A stretch of 63,764 nt of DNA from Spirogloea muscicola. Taxonomy: Eukaryota. The notes beneath the pieces are model-generated. The model was not told the origin of the DNA and did no database searches. It saw only the letters and a list, made by a program, of their open reading frames with translations. Shown piece after piece: positions 12,016 to 24,403 of this stretch. The translations under genes and the position numbers were made by a program. Where the stretch lies: assembly GCA_009602725.1 (NCBI GenBank), contig WELB01000021.1, positions 1 to 63,764 of the forward strand, written 5' to 3'. How positions within the stretch are numbered: position 1 is the first letter of the stretch; every line of letters starts with the position of its first letter.

Positions 12016-14437
12016 CGAATGCGAGGAACGAGGTAGCTGACTCTGTCCGCACCTTGGCAAGGGGGCTGAGCTGCTGGTACTTCTGCCTGTGAGCTACTGT
12101 TGACTGGAGGAGATGTTGGATGCTGAGATAGTACTAGGTCCTTCTGCTGTGCTGGTGGGGCTTCTGCACAAAGGCTTTCGTTAGCTGGAGGCTTTGTCGA
12201 GGGCTGGAATGCTGTAGAGTCCTTGCGTTGCTGAAGCATAGACTCCTGCTCCGAGCATATTCGTTGCGCCTCTAAGAGAGCCTTCTCAGCAGCCAACAGC
12301 TGGCCTGCAAAAGTCTGTGGGAGGAGCAAGTCAGTAAATCTGCGCAATCCCACATGCGCAGATGCGGCACATCAGATTATCCGTACCTCCCGTTCAGCTT
12401 GCAGATGGGCAAGCTGTTCAGTTTGCTGGGCAACTGTCTCTTCTAGGTGGATCTGACAATGTAAGTCAAGAGGCCACAGCAAGTATTGGCACTGCTTCTG
12501 AGATCACACTTTGTAGCCAGTCATGTGCGATGCCATAGTTGTTGCCATGCAACAGCTATGACTTTGCCTTGTTACTGTAAGGATATGATTGCCATCCGAC
12601 TTTTATCATTCTCTTGAAAAGCTTGCACCTCGAGCCTCTCCTCCTTTGCTGCAACAGATCTTTCTCGGTGCGAGACATGATCGAGTAGCTCTTCAGCCCT
12701 TCGCAGTTGTGCCACCTTAAGTGCTGCCACACACCAATGGCCAACAAGCATCCACTGAAACTGTACACTGGAGGCCCCTCATAGTCAATCAGCTGTATCA
12801 CCCTTTGTATTGCAGATATGATGCATGCTCACCTGAAAATTTGCTCTCCAGCGCCAGCAACCCATCCATCTTCTCCCACAGGCCACTTACTGTTGTACAT
12901 CAGCTAGTGCACAGTGGTCAGGCTGCCCTGATTGCTGATTTTTTATATCTGTTATATATCAGCTAGGCACAATCTATTGTGGTCAGGCTGCACTAATTGC
13001 TGCAGTGTGGCTACAAAGACGCAAATGTATATACAAATCTGGAAATCTTCTCCTTCATATCAGTCGACCACTTTGCATGTCACGACTGCACTCAGCTGTG
13101 CTCGTCCAGCTAAACCGCACCTTTCTCCTGCTTGGCTGAAACTGCTTGTGCTATCTCATTGATATTCGTCTTGATGGACAGCATCTCACGTTCCAACGCC
13201 TCCACCAAGGCGCCCTGCCCTTGAAGCTTCTCCAGAGCCGACCGCTCATCCATCTCCTTATCTCGTAGCTTAAGCTGCAAGGCATACTTCTCAGCCTGCG
13301 CTCCCGTACACACTATACTTACGTGCACATCATCCTGATCTATAGCAATTATTGCACTTGTCATGTAATCTGCAAGCACAAGCTTGAAATTGGAGCAACA
13401 CTATGTCAACTGGAACTCTTGAAAGCATCGAAGGTGCAATACTCAGGTACACTGTGGCAGAGGGTCTGGTTATCATTGTTGTTCCTGCCTAGACAGATCT
13501 CTACCATCTTGTGAGGTCTTGTCTGAATTTAGCCGGGTACACTGAGGCTTTCGACTTGTGCATGGCGCGACAGTAAGAGGGCTGCGATTTCCTGCTTCAA
13601 GCTCGTCTCCCTCTTTGCTGCTTCCTGTAATTGTTGTTGAAGGTCCTCACTCTAGTACCTCAACAAGATACAGCTATGAGTGAATTTTAGTCACGCCATT
13701 GACATGTAGCATACTGCTAAAAAGCAAGTCAAGATGCCTGCATGCATCCTTGCCACTGCATATAGTTCCATAGACTGGTTGCTAGCAGCACTTGTCACGA
13801 TATGAAAATCACATGCAACGCCTCACCGAGGCGACCAATCTTTGATTCGAGTCCTGACAAGAAGTCAGCTTGGCCTTAAGACTCGATAGGACGCCCTCTT
13901 TCTTAGCGTCTGAATCCCTGGCCTTCTGCGTATGAACAAGCTCACAGCATCCATGTGACATCTCGTGGCAAGCGCTCTGCAACAGGTCGTAGACAATGGG
14001 GAGCTGCTGTAGCCTGACGTAAGTGTGACAGCATGCTTGCCCTGTCAGTCCTGTATCCTTGCGACATGGCAATGTAGATATCCGGTAACAAGTGCCTTCA
14101 CGCAGCGGCGTTGCATGCAGGACAGAACGTGACCATTGACAATCATTCATCAGCTGCAACATATGCAGGACGCTGACCTCGACAAGTGACCGTGCCTCCT
14201 CCGCAGCAGCATGCTCTCGCTCCTGCACAGTTGCATGGCAGCCATCACTCTGACCGTGTCATACTTGCCGATAGCAGGTGCTCCTGCTGTTCGGTCGCGG
14301 TCGTGGCATGTCATTGCTGCCGTCGGCCAGGAGGCCACCTGGAGGACGCGGACGTCGGCGAGGAAGAGCTGGAGGCGGAACTTGAACTTGGAGAAGGTCA
14401 TGGCCGGCGCCGGCGCCGGCGCCGCCGACGCCGCCAT
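11976..14437 (-). CDS. Uncharacterised multi-exon coiled-coil protein
   Basis: GT-AG bounded heptad-rich exons: FSKFKFRLQLFLADVRVLQ|EREHAAAEEARSLVE, KEGVLSSLKAKL, LEKLQGQGALVEALEREML, LLAAEKALLEAQR. No catalytic motif; exact structure uncertain. Confidence 0.6.
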
Positions 14438-15044
14438 CGCGGCGCGCGTCCGTCGCGCCGACGGCGAGAGGGCGCCTGATCAGTTCTCGATAGAATCTGA
14501 CAGTCGAAAGAATTGATCGGGGAACGAGCAAAAGGACAGCAGGACTGCAGTCGCCACGTGTCCACTCGTGAGGAGCCCGCGACCCGCCACCCTCCCTAGC
14601 TAGTGGCTCCGCTGATATTCTTATGGACACCCTCTGAATTCACCAATATTCAGATTCTTTCTATTGACAGCCCCTCTTTAGATACAGCAGCAACTTTCGT
14701 CTTCTCCCACCCGGGCGCCCCGCCGCAAAGGCCGCCGCATGTCCCGCCGGCTCCTCCGCGGCGCCGCCCGCGCTCTCCGGCTGCCGCCGCCGCNCGGCTC
14801 CGGCAGCGGCTGCGGTCCAGGCCGGCCGCCGCCACACGGCAGGCGTCGGCGCCCGTGTGCCGGACCCGGCACCGCGCCGTCGACGGGCCGCCGCAAGGTG
14901 CGCGAGATCACCGCCACTGCCACCATTCTGCTCCCGCGGCGGTTGTCTGATGGCGGAACTGCTCATGTCTGACACCGCTGCCGCCGCTGCCGCCGCCGCC
15001 GCCGCCGCGGATAACGGTCCTGCCGCAGGCATTGGCCCAGCAGC

Positions 15045-16629
15045 ATGGCCGCCGAGGAGCCCGCGCCGGCGGCGGCGCCGCCTGGCCGCCGCTTCTGCGT
15101 CCTGGAGGCGGGCCACCCGTCCGAGTACACGGCGGCGCGCTACGGCGGCTACGGCGCCATGTTCGTCGACCTGCTGGCCGACCCGGGCGAGTCCTGGGCC
15201 GTCTTCCCCGTCGTCGAGGGCCGCTTCCCCGCCGACAGCGAGCTCGACGAGGCGCGGCCCCCTTGCTGAGCCGAACTTAAGCCCCCAATGATGTTGCCAG
15301 CACTTGAACCCACGACCTCAAAAGCCTAAGACCTCAGTTGCTGACCCAAGTCAGCAATTGAGGACCTACCTGGGCATACTATCTGCAATGCTGCAGATAG
15401 TATCCGCAATCAAGGCCTACAGCTGGATGGTCATTGTACCACCAATGTCACAGGCTCTTGGAGCTGCTGTTTAGTCTGCTGCGTGCCGCCCGCCGCTTAG
15501 AGTGGAATAACGTCTCACACAGCACCCATCTCCCTGGCCGCTTATATTTCATCTACAAAATTTATTTACATCAATTATGTGTGATACAGCACCTTAACAC
15601 ATTGATTCTCCTCCTTGTTCCCCCTCTGCAGTACGACGGGTTCGTGATCACTGGCAGCCGGCACGACGCGCACGGCGACGAGCCCTGGATCCTCCGCCTG
15701 TGCAGCACGCTGCGCGCCGTGCACGCGTGCCGCCGCCGGGTGCTGGGCGTCTGCTTTGGCCACCAGGTCAATTGCCCATCAACACTTTTGCGGCCCAACG
15801 CCTGAGGGGCGTTGCCAGCCCACTGAGCCGCATAGGCAATCGACAAAGTTTATTGCATTGCCTCGCTGCAGAGCCTTTTCCTAACTCTTATTGTCGTAAT
15901 CCCAGCCCCCGAACCTCATGACAGGTGCTGAGCCGAGCGCTGGGCGGCCGCACGGGCCGTGCTCTGGGAGGGTGGAACTTCGGCCTCAAGTCCATCCCCG
16001 TCAGTAAGGAGCTGCGGGCCAAGCCCTATGGCGCCAGCTTGCCGCCTGTCCTTCGCTCGTTTGTTGTCCACCAGGACCAGGTACTTGCTCGCTTGCTCTC
16101 ACCATACTGCCAAGCTCAATGCTTGCCTTCGTGGTCTTTGAATCTTACAAAATAAGCTTGATCTCAACATACACTTTAGAGAAGCGCAAGCCTGTGGTGG
16201 AAGCTCAAGTGTGTGCAAGGCATGGACGGCAGGTGCAGGAGGTGCCGCCAGGAAGCGAGATCCTGGGCGCGACGGCAGAGACAGCCGTGGAGATATTCTC
16301 GCTTGGCGATGACGTCCTTGGCTTCCAGGGACACCCAGAATTCACGGCTGATGTCGTTGAAGACCTTGTCCAGAGCCGCCTGCAGCTTGGTGTCATCTCG
16401 GTAGAGCCACTTGCCGCCATTTTGGCCCAAAGCAAAATGCTTATTACCGATGCAAGGATCTGGAGGTGCCATGTTTTATTACAGGCAGTGGTCTGACACG
16501 CCAACCTGGCCACCACAGGAGGAGGTGGCTGCAGCGGCGCGCAAGTCCATGGCCGAGAGCCAGCCTGACACTGAGGCCCTGCGCACACTCTGCAAGGCCT
16601 TCCTCAAGGGCCCTGCGCCAGTCTTGTGA
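15045..16629 (+). CDS. Class I glutamine amidotransferase-like protein (gamma-glutamyl peptidase, GGP family), 5 exons
   Basis: YGGYGAMFVDLL, YDGFVITGSRHDAH, nucleophile elbow LGVCFGHQ, HQDQV, and GFQGHPEF (Cys-His-Glu triad). Confidence 0.92.
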
Positions 16630-17071
16630 CTCGCCGAGTGCCCGCCCTAGCACAATCACTCAGCCGTCAGCTACTGATGAGGCTCCTCGTGCACTACTGG
16701 CACACAGCTCGCTGTGCTATGTGCCAGTCTTGGCAGCAGGGCCTAACCACCAGCAGAAGTAGAGGCCTTGCAGATTATTGGTCAGCAAGGCGGGGGAGTT
16801 CCACACGCAACCAAGTGCACAATTGAGCGCGCCTGCACGTAGACCTTCCTCAAAGAGCTAGCTGTAGCCATGCTTGCGGGAGGCTGCTATACTGCCAATA
16901 TATTGTCACCAGCGTTCTTGTACCTGGAGTCACTATTTATATTGTGCTCGAATTTGGACAAATAACGTTTTGCTCATAATAAAACACGAAATAATAGTAC
17001 ACAGTAAAGGGCACCCCTAGCTTCAGCAACTTCATTGAGACGCGTGGATACACGTATGGATGTGGGAGCAG

Positions 17072-19303
17072 TCATATCGTGAAGGGCCGGTTGATATCAA
17101 ACATGCTGGACGCCGTGAGTTGCGGGACCTGCCCAGCAAGTGGCCAACTTTGTCAGGCCAGGGATGAGTGTGCAGATACCAGAGCTGACTGTGCCGAGGC
17201 AAATGGCAGTAGACTGAAAGGCCCATCTAGGTGTACCTGCTTTTGGATATGCATAACCTGCCAGGATACTTCCTTTGACAACACCAATGCAGTGCATTGA
17301 CCACAGTGCTTCAGATATGGCTCCACAGCCCACAGCACTTCAGCATCACTGAGCTGTCAGAACGGACCTGCGTAAGGCCGCCGTGCATGCTGCCGCCAGA
17401 GATGAGCATGTCAAGGAGCGGGGACATGCCGCCACCGCCGCCACCCATCTGCTGGTTTGTCGCTCGGATGGCGTGCCGCATGGCATCCAGGGTGCTGCCG
17501 TATGTCTGTGCGTGGCCCCGCTCAATTGCCTGGATGAAGCAGAATGTCATGGCACCTGTCGATGTCACTCTTGATAGCGCCTGCGCGTGTGAGAGGAAGA
17601 GAAGGGTCCAGGCTCATAACAGTGTTATTGAGGTCTGGGTCAGGCCTTGGCTGCACAAATAAGGTGCAGTAGCACGAGACATGAGACAGCCTCGTGCTCA
17701 TCTCGTGCCAGACTGTCTCTTCACCCAGACAACACAAACATCATATCAATAGCAACCTTAAAAATACAGTCTGTAAACTTTTAACCCAAACTTGACTTGC
17801 ACGTGAGCAAGCAACTCAAATTGCAGGGGAGGAGTGCACATTGTCATTATCAGCGACAAACAATCGACAGCCAAAATTCGGCATACAGCAAGGTGGTGGT
17901 TTGTGTGCATAGGCCTGGCAGTGCAAAGTGACTGACCGCCGTGTCGGCTGAGGTCTGCGAGTCGTCGCAGCCACTGAAGCAGAATGCCTCGCCCCCGCTG
18001 GTGCCTGTGAACTTCAACGTTGGCGGCCGGTCGTCCTTCCACGTAAACCGCCCATACCTGCCCCGGCCAGGTGACACTTAGGCCAATATAGACATGGCAC
18101 TGACCTTGACTCATGACCTGGAATGCTACCGAGCGGTCTTATCAAAGTGTCCACACGAAGACTTCCGAAATGAGGGCCAACTTTCTGGCATGGTGAGCTA
18201 AAATTGACCCCAGAACAGCAGTCCAAGTGTAGCAGACACTGATGTCAAGAGTGACTACGACGTATTTGTGGCAGTCAATGTGTAAATCTGATCATTCTGG
18301 TGAAAGGTGGATGGGTTCAGTGTTTAGGGTTTAGGGTCTAGGGTCAGTGGTGGGGTTGACTTACTCAGGGGTAGGTACCCGGTTTGTTGAGATTGGTAGA
18401 CAGGAATTCAAAGAGGTGTAGGGCTTCTGCAAGGGTTTGATGGTAGTTTGTAGGGTTGCATGTTCAGGTGCTCTTGTTTGCAGAGTGCGCCATCAAAGGG
18501 TAACTGTTGAAGGGTGCGCACGCCGCACCTGTCAAAGGTGCAAAGGAAGGGCAGGTCGAGGACGGTGCCCGAGTGGCAGGCGTCAATGACGGCGGTGAGC
18601 TTCACGCCGTACGCGATGGGCCGCACCAAGCGCGCGTTGATCTCGTCGTCCACGATCATGCCCGCGCGCTCAAAATCCACGGGGCAGATGGTCTCGTCGA
18701 ACCCATCCGCCTCTTCCCCCGTGCGGTTGCGCTGCTGCGACCCGTGGCCGCTGAACTGGAAGACGAGCGAGTCGCCAGGCGCGCAGCCCGTGACGAGCCA
18801 GTACATGGCCATGAGCATGTTCGCGCGCGTCGGCCACTTGGTGGGCTCCGTCTCCAGCTCTGCATCGTGGCGCGCCAGCAGGAAGCGGGCATCAGAGAAT
18901 AGCATTCGGCTAGTCGTCACTAGATGGGCACTCGCTCGGTAAATGGTGCAGGACTCGATGGCAACGGCAAGCCCCGCAGACCGCCCTATGGGAGAGAGCT
19001 AAACAAAAATCCTAAATACAAACCCTTAATTCTAAACCCTACCCTAAACCGTGAACCCTAATCCAGAAACCCTTAATTCTAACCCGACCCTAACCCTGAA
19101 CCTCAAACCTACCGGTGAGCGTGATGATGTTGGCCTCCTCGAAGCCAAACTTCTTCATGAGCATGAACTTCATGCACTTGACGTCGTTCACACAGCCCTT
19201 GAGCTCATAGCGCGAGCCGCGGTAGTTGACGCCGACGAGCACGGCCTTCTTGCGGCCGCGCGGCGGCGGCGCGGGGCCCGGCGGGTGACCCGCGACGGCC
19301 ACC
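17072..19303 (-). CDS. Type I metacaspase (5' end lost in gap)
   Basis: GRKKAVLVGVNY..ELKGCVNDV; catalytic FSGHG and DACHSGT; SGCDDSQTSADT; TGAMTFCFIQAIE; C-terminal PQLTASSMFDINRPFTI*; Pro-rich prodomain remnant. Confidence 0.95.
18322..18345 (+). repeat. Short interstitial telomere-like repeat (TTTAGGG)
   Basis: TTTAGGGTTTAGGGTCTAGGGT inside a metacaspase intron. Confidence 0.7.
19007..19110 (-). repeat. Degenerate telomere-like array (CCCTAAA variants)
   Basis: About 100 bp of AACCCT/CCCTAAA/CCCTAA variants starting at the 5' end of a metacaspase intron. Confidence 0.7.
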
Positions 19304-19305
19304 AG

Positions 19306-19427
<122 letters not shown>

Positions 19428-20473
19428 NNNNNNNNNNNNNNNNNNNNNNNNNNNNNNNNNNNNNNNNNNNNNNNNNNNNNNNNNNNNNNNNNNNNNNNNN
19501 NNNNNNNNNNNNNNNNNNNNNNNNNNNNNNNNNNNNNNNNNNNNNNNNNNNNNNNNNNNNNNNNNNNNNNNNNNNNNNNNNNNNNNNNNNNNNNNNNNNN
19601 NNNNNNNNNNNNNNNNNNNNNNNNNNNNNNNNNNNNNNNNNNNNNNNNNNNNNNNNNNNNNNNNNNNNNNNNNNNNNNNNNNNNNNNNNNNNNNNNNNNN
19701 NNNNNNNNNNNNNNNNNNNNNNNNNNNNNNNNNNNNNNNNNNNNNNNNNNNNNNNNNNNNNNNNNNNNNNNNNNNNNNNNNNNNNNNNNNNNNNNNNNNN
19801 NNNNNNNNNNNNNNNNNNNNNNNNNNNNNNNNNNNNNNNNNNNNNNNNNNNNNNNNNNNNNNNNNNNNNNNNNNNNNNNNNNNNNNNNNNNNNNNNNNNN
19901 NNNNNNNNNNNNNNNNNNNNNNNNNNNNNNNNNNNNNNNNNNNNNNNNNNNNNNNNNNNNNNNNNNNNNNNNNNNNNNNNNNNNNNNNNNNNNNNNNNNN
20001 NNNNNNNNNNNNNNNNNNNNNNNNNNNNNNNNNNNNNNNNNNNNNNNNNNNNNNNNNNNNNNNNNNNNNNNNNNNNNNNNNNNNNNNNNNNNNNNNNNNN
20101 NNNNNNNNNNNNNNNNNNNNNNNNNNNNNNNNNNNNNNNNNNNNNNNNNNNNNNNNNNNNNNNNNNNNNNNNNNNNNNNNNNNNNNNNNNNNNNNNNNNN
20201 NNNNNNNNNNNNNNNNNNNNNNNNNNNNNNNNNNNNNNNNNNNNNNNNNNNNNNNNNNNNNNNNNNNNNNNNNNNNNNNNNNNNNNNNNNNNNNNNNNNN
20301 NNNNNNNNNNNNNNNNNNNNNNNNNNNNNNNNNNNNNNNNNNNNNNNNNNNNNNNNNNNNNNNNNNNNNNNNNNNNNNNNNNNNNNNNNNNCCGCCGCCC
20401 GCGGCGCGCGCGCGCCGGGCAGCCCGCCGCGCGGAGCGGCACAGGGCGCCGGCGGGAACGAGCGCCGGCCAAG

Positions 20474-23400
20474 ATGAACGACCTGCTCGGGGTAGGAGCC
20501 CTGGCCATGAGGCCCGCAGCCCCTGCCCTGCGGCGAGCGCGGCTGGCGGCCCGCCTTGCGCCTGCGCTTGACGCTTCCCAATCTGTCGTTGCCGAGCCTC
20601 AGTGGTCGGCATGCGTGCGAGCTTCTATCCACGTCTCACCACTTTGGCAGGGCATTTGGTCAGAGAGCCACAAACTTGGTCATGCTGAAGTGCATTCATC
20701 GTATGAGCAGCCGTGCTCTTGCCTAAGATTGTAGAGTCAGTTGAGACAAAAGAGTATGTGATGAAAATGAGTTGTGCCCCACATTCGTTTGATGTATTTA
20801 GGTTGTTGCATATCGGCGGTGCTGGTATTGCTATTAGGGGTTGTCATTGACTGGTAGGTGTAATAAGTGGTTCTCGTTAGCCGGTATGTTTGGGAAAGAA
20901 TGGGTCAAGTAGCTCTGAAGCGGGAGGGCGTTTACCAATTGTCAAGCCTTAGTGACCTAGAGTGCAGCAACATGCTCTGACAGGGGAGGATGTTGAGCGA
21001 TTGTCAAGCTTTGGGCTTGCTCGTTTTGCTGGGCAGGTCAGGCAGTCAAAATGATGAAGGGACAGACATCTCCGTAGTGCACACGGCAAGTTGTATACTG
21101 GACATATCGACATTGCCTTGGCACTGGACATGTCCTGTTGGCCCGATATCTGACAGAATGGTGTCCTAATTTGCATGTAGGACTCGGGGGGATCAAGGCG
21201 GTACTTGGTGCAAGGGCAACAACCGAGCCCAGGCACGGGCAATGGCCGGGATATTGAGGAGGGACTTACTCCTCCAGTGGGCACCTCTGACAAGAATATG
21301 GCCCAGTTCTTTGAAGAGGTCAGTGACCTAGCTGGTCCTCTTCTGCCTTGGCACTGAGCAACGCCTTCAGTAGCTCCATGTTGTGGTGTTTAGTCTGGGC
21401 GTTCTGCTGTGTGCATTGATAAGGGCTGTATACATTTAGTTGTTAACATCATTGCATGCTGCATTGCACACCTTGCTGCTTGCTCATCATACTTAAGCAA
21501 ACCGGCTCAGTATTTTGAAGGTTTCAAGAAGGTCTCAACCTCAGAGATCACGGAGGAAGGAAGGTCAAGGTGGCTGGCTTAGTGTTCTGTTGAATTTTGT
21601 ATTGAAAGTAATTGTGATTGTTTCCTTTCGCTTTTCAGGTCGGAGAGATAAAGAATGCAATGCAACTCATTCGCCGAAATCTCCACAAACTTCAGGTTCA
21701 CGAGGAACTCTATGCATGGCCTGTCTTCGCTTTGCTTGGACCTCGAACCAGCTTGCAGTGTGTCTCCTCACCTGCTCTTAACAAGCAGCAGCTCTGAACG
21801 TACTCACAGCATGAAATCAAACTCTTAAAGTGTCATCCAGCTTGCCCTGTACAGGATGCGAATGAGGAGAGCAAGCTTGTCACTCGAGCAGCACCCATGA
21901 AGGGTGTGCTCTCTTGCACTCCAGCCACTTCGAGGGGGAAAATAGCAGCGCACTAAGAGAAGCGAGACAGCAATAACTGCTTACAATATAATGCCTTACT
22001 TTAGTGTGATAGCTGCCATAATGACCTGTCTTCATTGTATCTTTGCATAAGAGATGACCATGTACTTGCAAGTTACAAGCCAAAGCACGAACTTGTCAGC
22101 AAGCAAATGCGCGCTCTGCATGATGCAGCTCTTAAGGAGCGGATGGAAGCCGATATTGACGAAGTCAGCAAGATTGCTCACAAGATAAAGAGCAAGATTG
22201 AACAGCTTGATAGATCGGTGGGTGTACCTTGCAGCTAAGCTCATGAGAGTCTAGGTATTTGCTTGCTCAGTCCTGCACGTTGGCTACATATCACTGGGCA
22301 CGACCTCTGATGGCGAGTGCCAAAGCTGTAGCATCACCGGTGTCAGTCTCGTGTTGGCAGGAATTTGAGATCATGCCAGCTTCTTAGACTTGGTGTCAAA
22401 GGTTCTTCAGGTTTTGCCTAAGATACGGACTGGACTAACGTCATTGCCGTCACACCTGGTGCGTGTAATCAGTTTTTCATACCTTTCCTGCGCAGAACAT
22501 AGCAAGTCGCAGCCTGCCAGGGTGTGGTGAAGGCAGCAGCACTGACAGGACAAGGATGTCAATCACAGCGTGAGTTGCATATGACTTATGCATGTCAGCT
22601 TTGACTTATGATGAATGCTCAACAGGAGCTGAGGACCAATGTACAGAGCAGCTCACCGTGTGTGAATGTGCTGGCACGTGTCTTACTGTCGGGAAGAGAG
22701 AGAAGAGAGAAAGAGGGCTTCTATTGGCTTGTATGTGTGCTGGCCATCACCTGCAAGCGTTGCCTGTACAGGACATTGAAGAAGAAACTGAAAGAGCTGA
22801 TGGGGGAGTTCCAGGTGAGCAGCTCTTTGTCTCGCTTGTGACAGCCTGCTCTGCTATTTTGCCTGCTAGCTACTAGCATTCGTCGTACTGATTCTTGCTT
22901 CTTCCTTTACAAGTCGCGTATGAATATGAGCATTCTGGAGCTGAGAGCGTTGTGTTTGACACTGTGATTGAGAAGCTGCCTATGACTTCCGTTCATCAAT
23001 CATAATCAGGTCATTATCAAGCTTTGACTGGGTGCCCTCGGGGTGCTTCTGACAGACGCTGAGACAGAAATTCCAAGAGGAGTACAATGAGGTTGTTCGG
23101 AGGAGGTACTATACAGGTGAACTGAATATGTGGACATTCAAGACTTGTCAGTGGCTAGTTGGTCCTCGAAGAGCCAGAGAATCTCATCAAGTCAAGCCTT
23201 CCCCTCATGTGGTCTGGTGTTGATTACATCATCACCAAGCTGTCCTACTCTTGAGTTCCATTGAGGCTGTAGCAGTTCACGAAACTGATACTAATTTGTG
23301 ATGTTGCCCTTTCTCACATGCGGACAACAGTGACGGGACAGCAGGCTGATGATCGGGTAAGTGTTGCCTCTCCATTATGGTCTTGAAGAAATTTGCTTAA

Positions 23401-24403
23401 TAATCCACCATTGCTCAATCTGACATCCTTGTGCTGCTCTTGTAATATGCAGACAGTCGACCACTTGATAGAAACTGGAGAAAGCGAGTCTATCTTCCAG
23501 AAAGCTATCCAGCAGCAGGGAAGGGGCCAGATTCTAGATACTGTTGCTGAGATTCAAGAACGTCACGATGCAGTCAAGGACATGGAAAGGAAGTTGTTGG
23601 AGTTGCATCAGATATTCATGGACATGGCTGTGCTTGTTGAGGCACAAGGAGAACTTCTCGACAATATTGAGAATCAGGTCCGCTTATCTTGCCGAGGCTG
23701 TCAAGACATATATTGACAACAATTGTACTATTCTTGTCAGTCATGGGATCCTTGTCTAGCCTCTTCTGGAGTCATTTTAAGTTGCAACAGTAGTAGTCTG
23801 CATAAACTAGAGAACTAGTGAATTCAACGGCTTACCTACTAAGGACCTCAGACCTCAGTGGCACATCTCCTTATTTCAGCAGGGCTGTTCTTTTCTAATA
23901 GCAGGACTAAACTATTCTTGGGAGGTAGAGCCTTTTTTTCCTATCGCAGTACCAGTCCCACTGGAGGATGTCCAGGCTGTACTCAGAAAGTGATATGCAC
24001 TCTCCCTGGCAGGTCTCCAAGTCTGTGGATCATGTGCAAGCTGGGACTGTGCAGCTCCACAAGGCCAAGGCCCTACAGAGGAACACCCGCAAGGTGCGAG
24101 CTTTCTAAATTGGTCAACCAACTTTGATGGTGATAATTGTGATCTTTGCTTGCATGGTTGCTGAGGCGTCTCTCTCATGCTCGCTGACGCGCTCATCCAA
24201 ATGCAGGGACTGTCATGTCACTGGTAATGCCCTTTTCAATCTGACTGCCTGGAGCTGCTGTGTGATGGAAGCGCTGATCATCATGACTCTTATCAGTCTG
24301 ATGTGCACTGTCTTGCGTATTGCAGTGGATGTGCTTTGGAATCCTTACTCTCCTCATCGTCATCGCCGTCATTGTGGTTCTCGTCGTCCAGCCATGGAAA
24401 TAG
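20474..24403 (+). CDS. SYP132: Qa-SNARE syntaxin, SYP13 (SYP131/132) group, ~12 exons
   Basis: MNDLL start; [92 protein letters not shown]-terminal TM helix ending VQPWK*. Confidence 0.93.
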
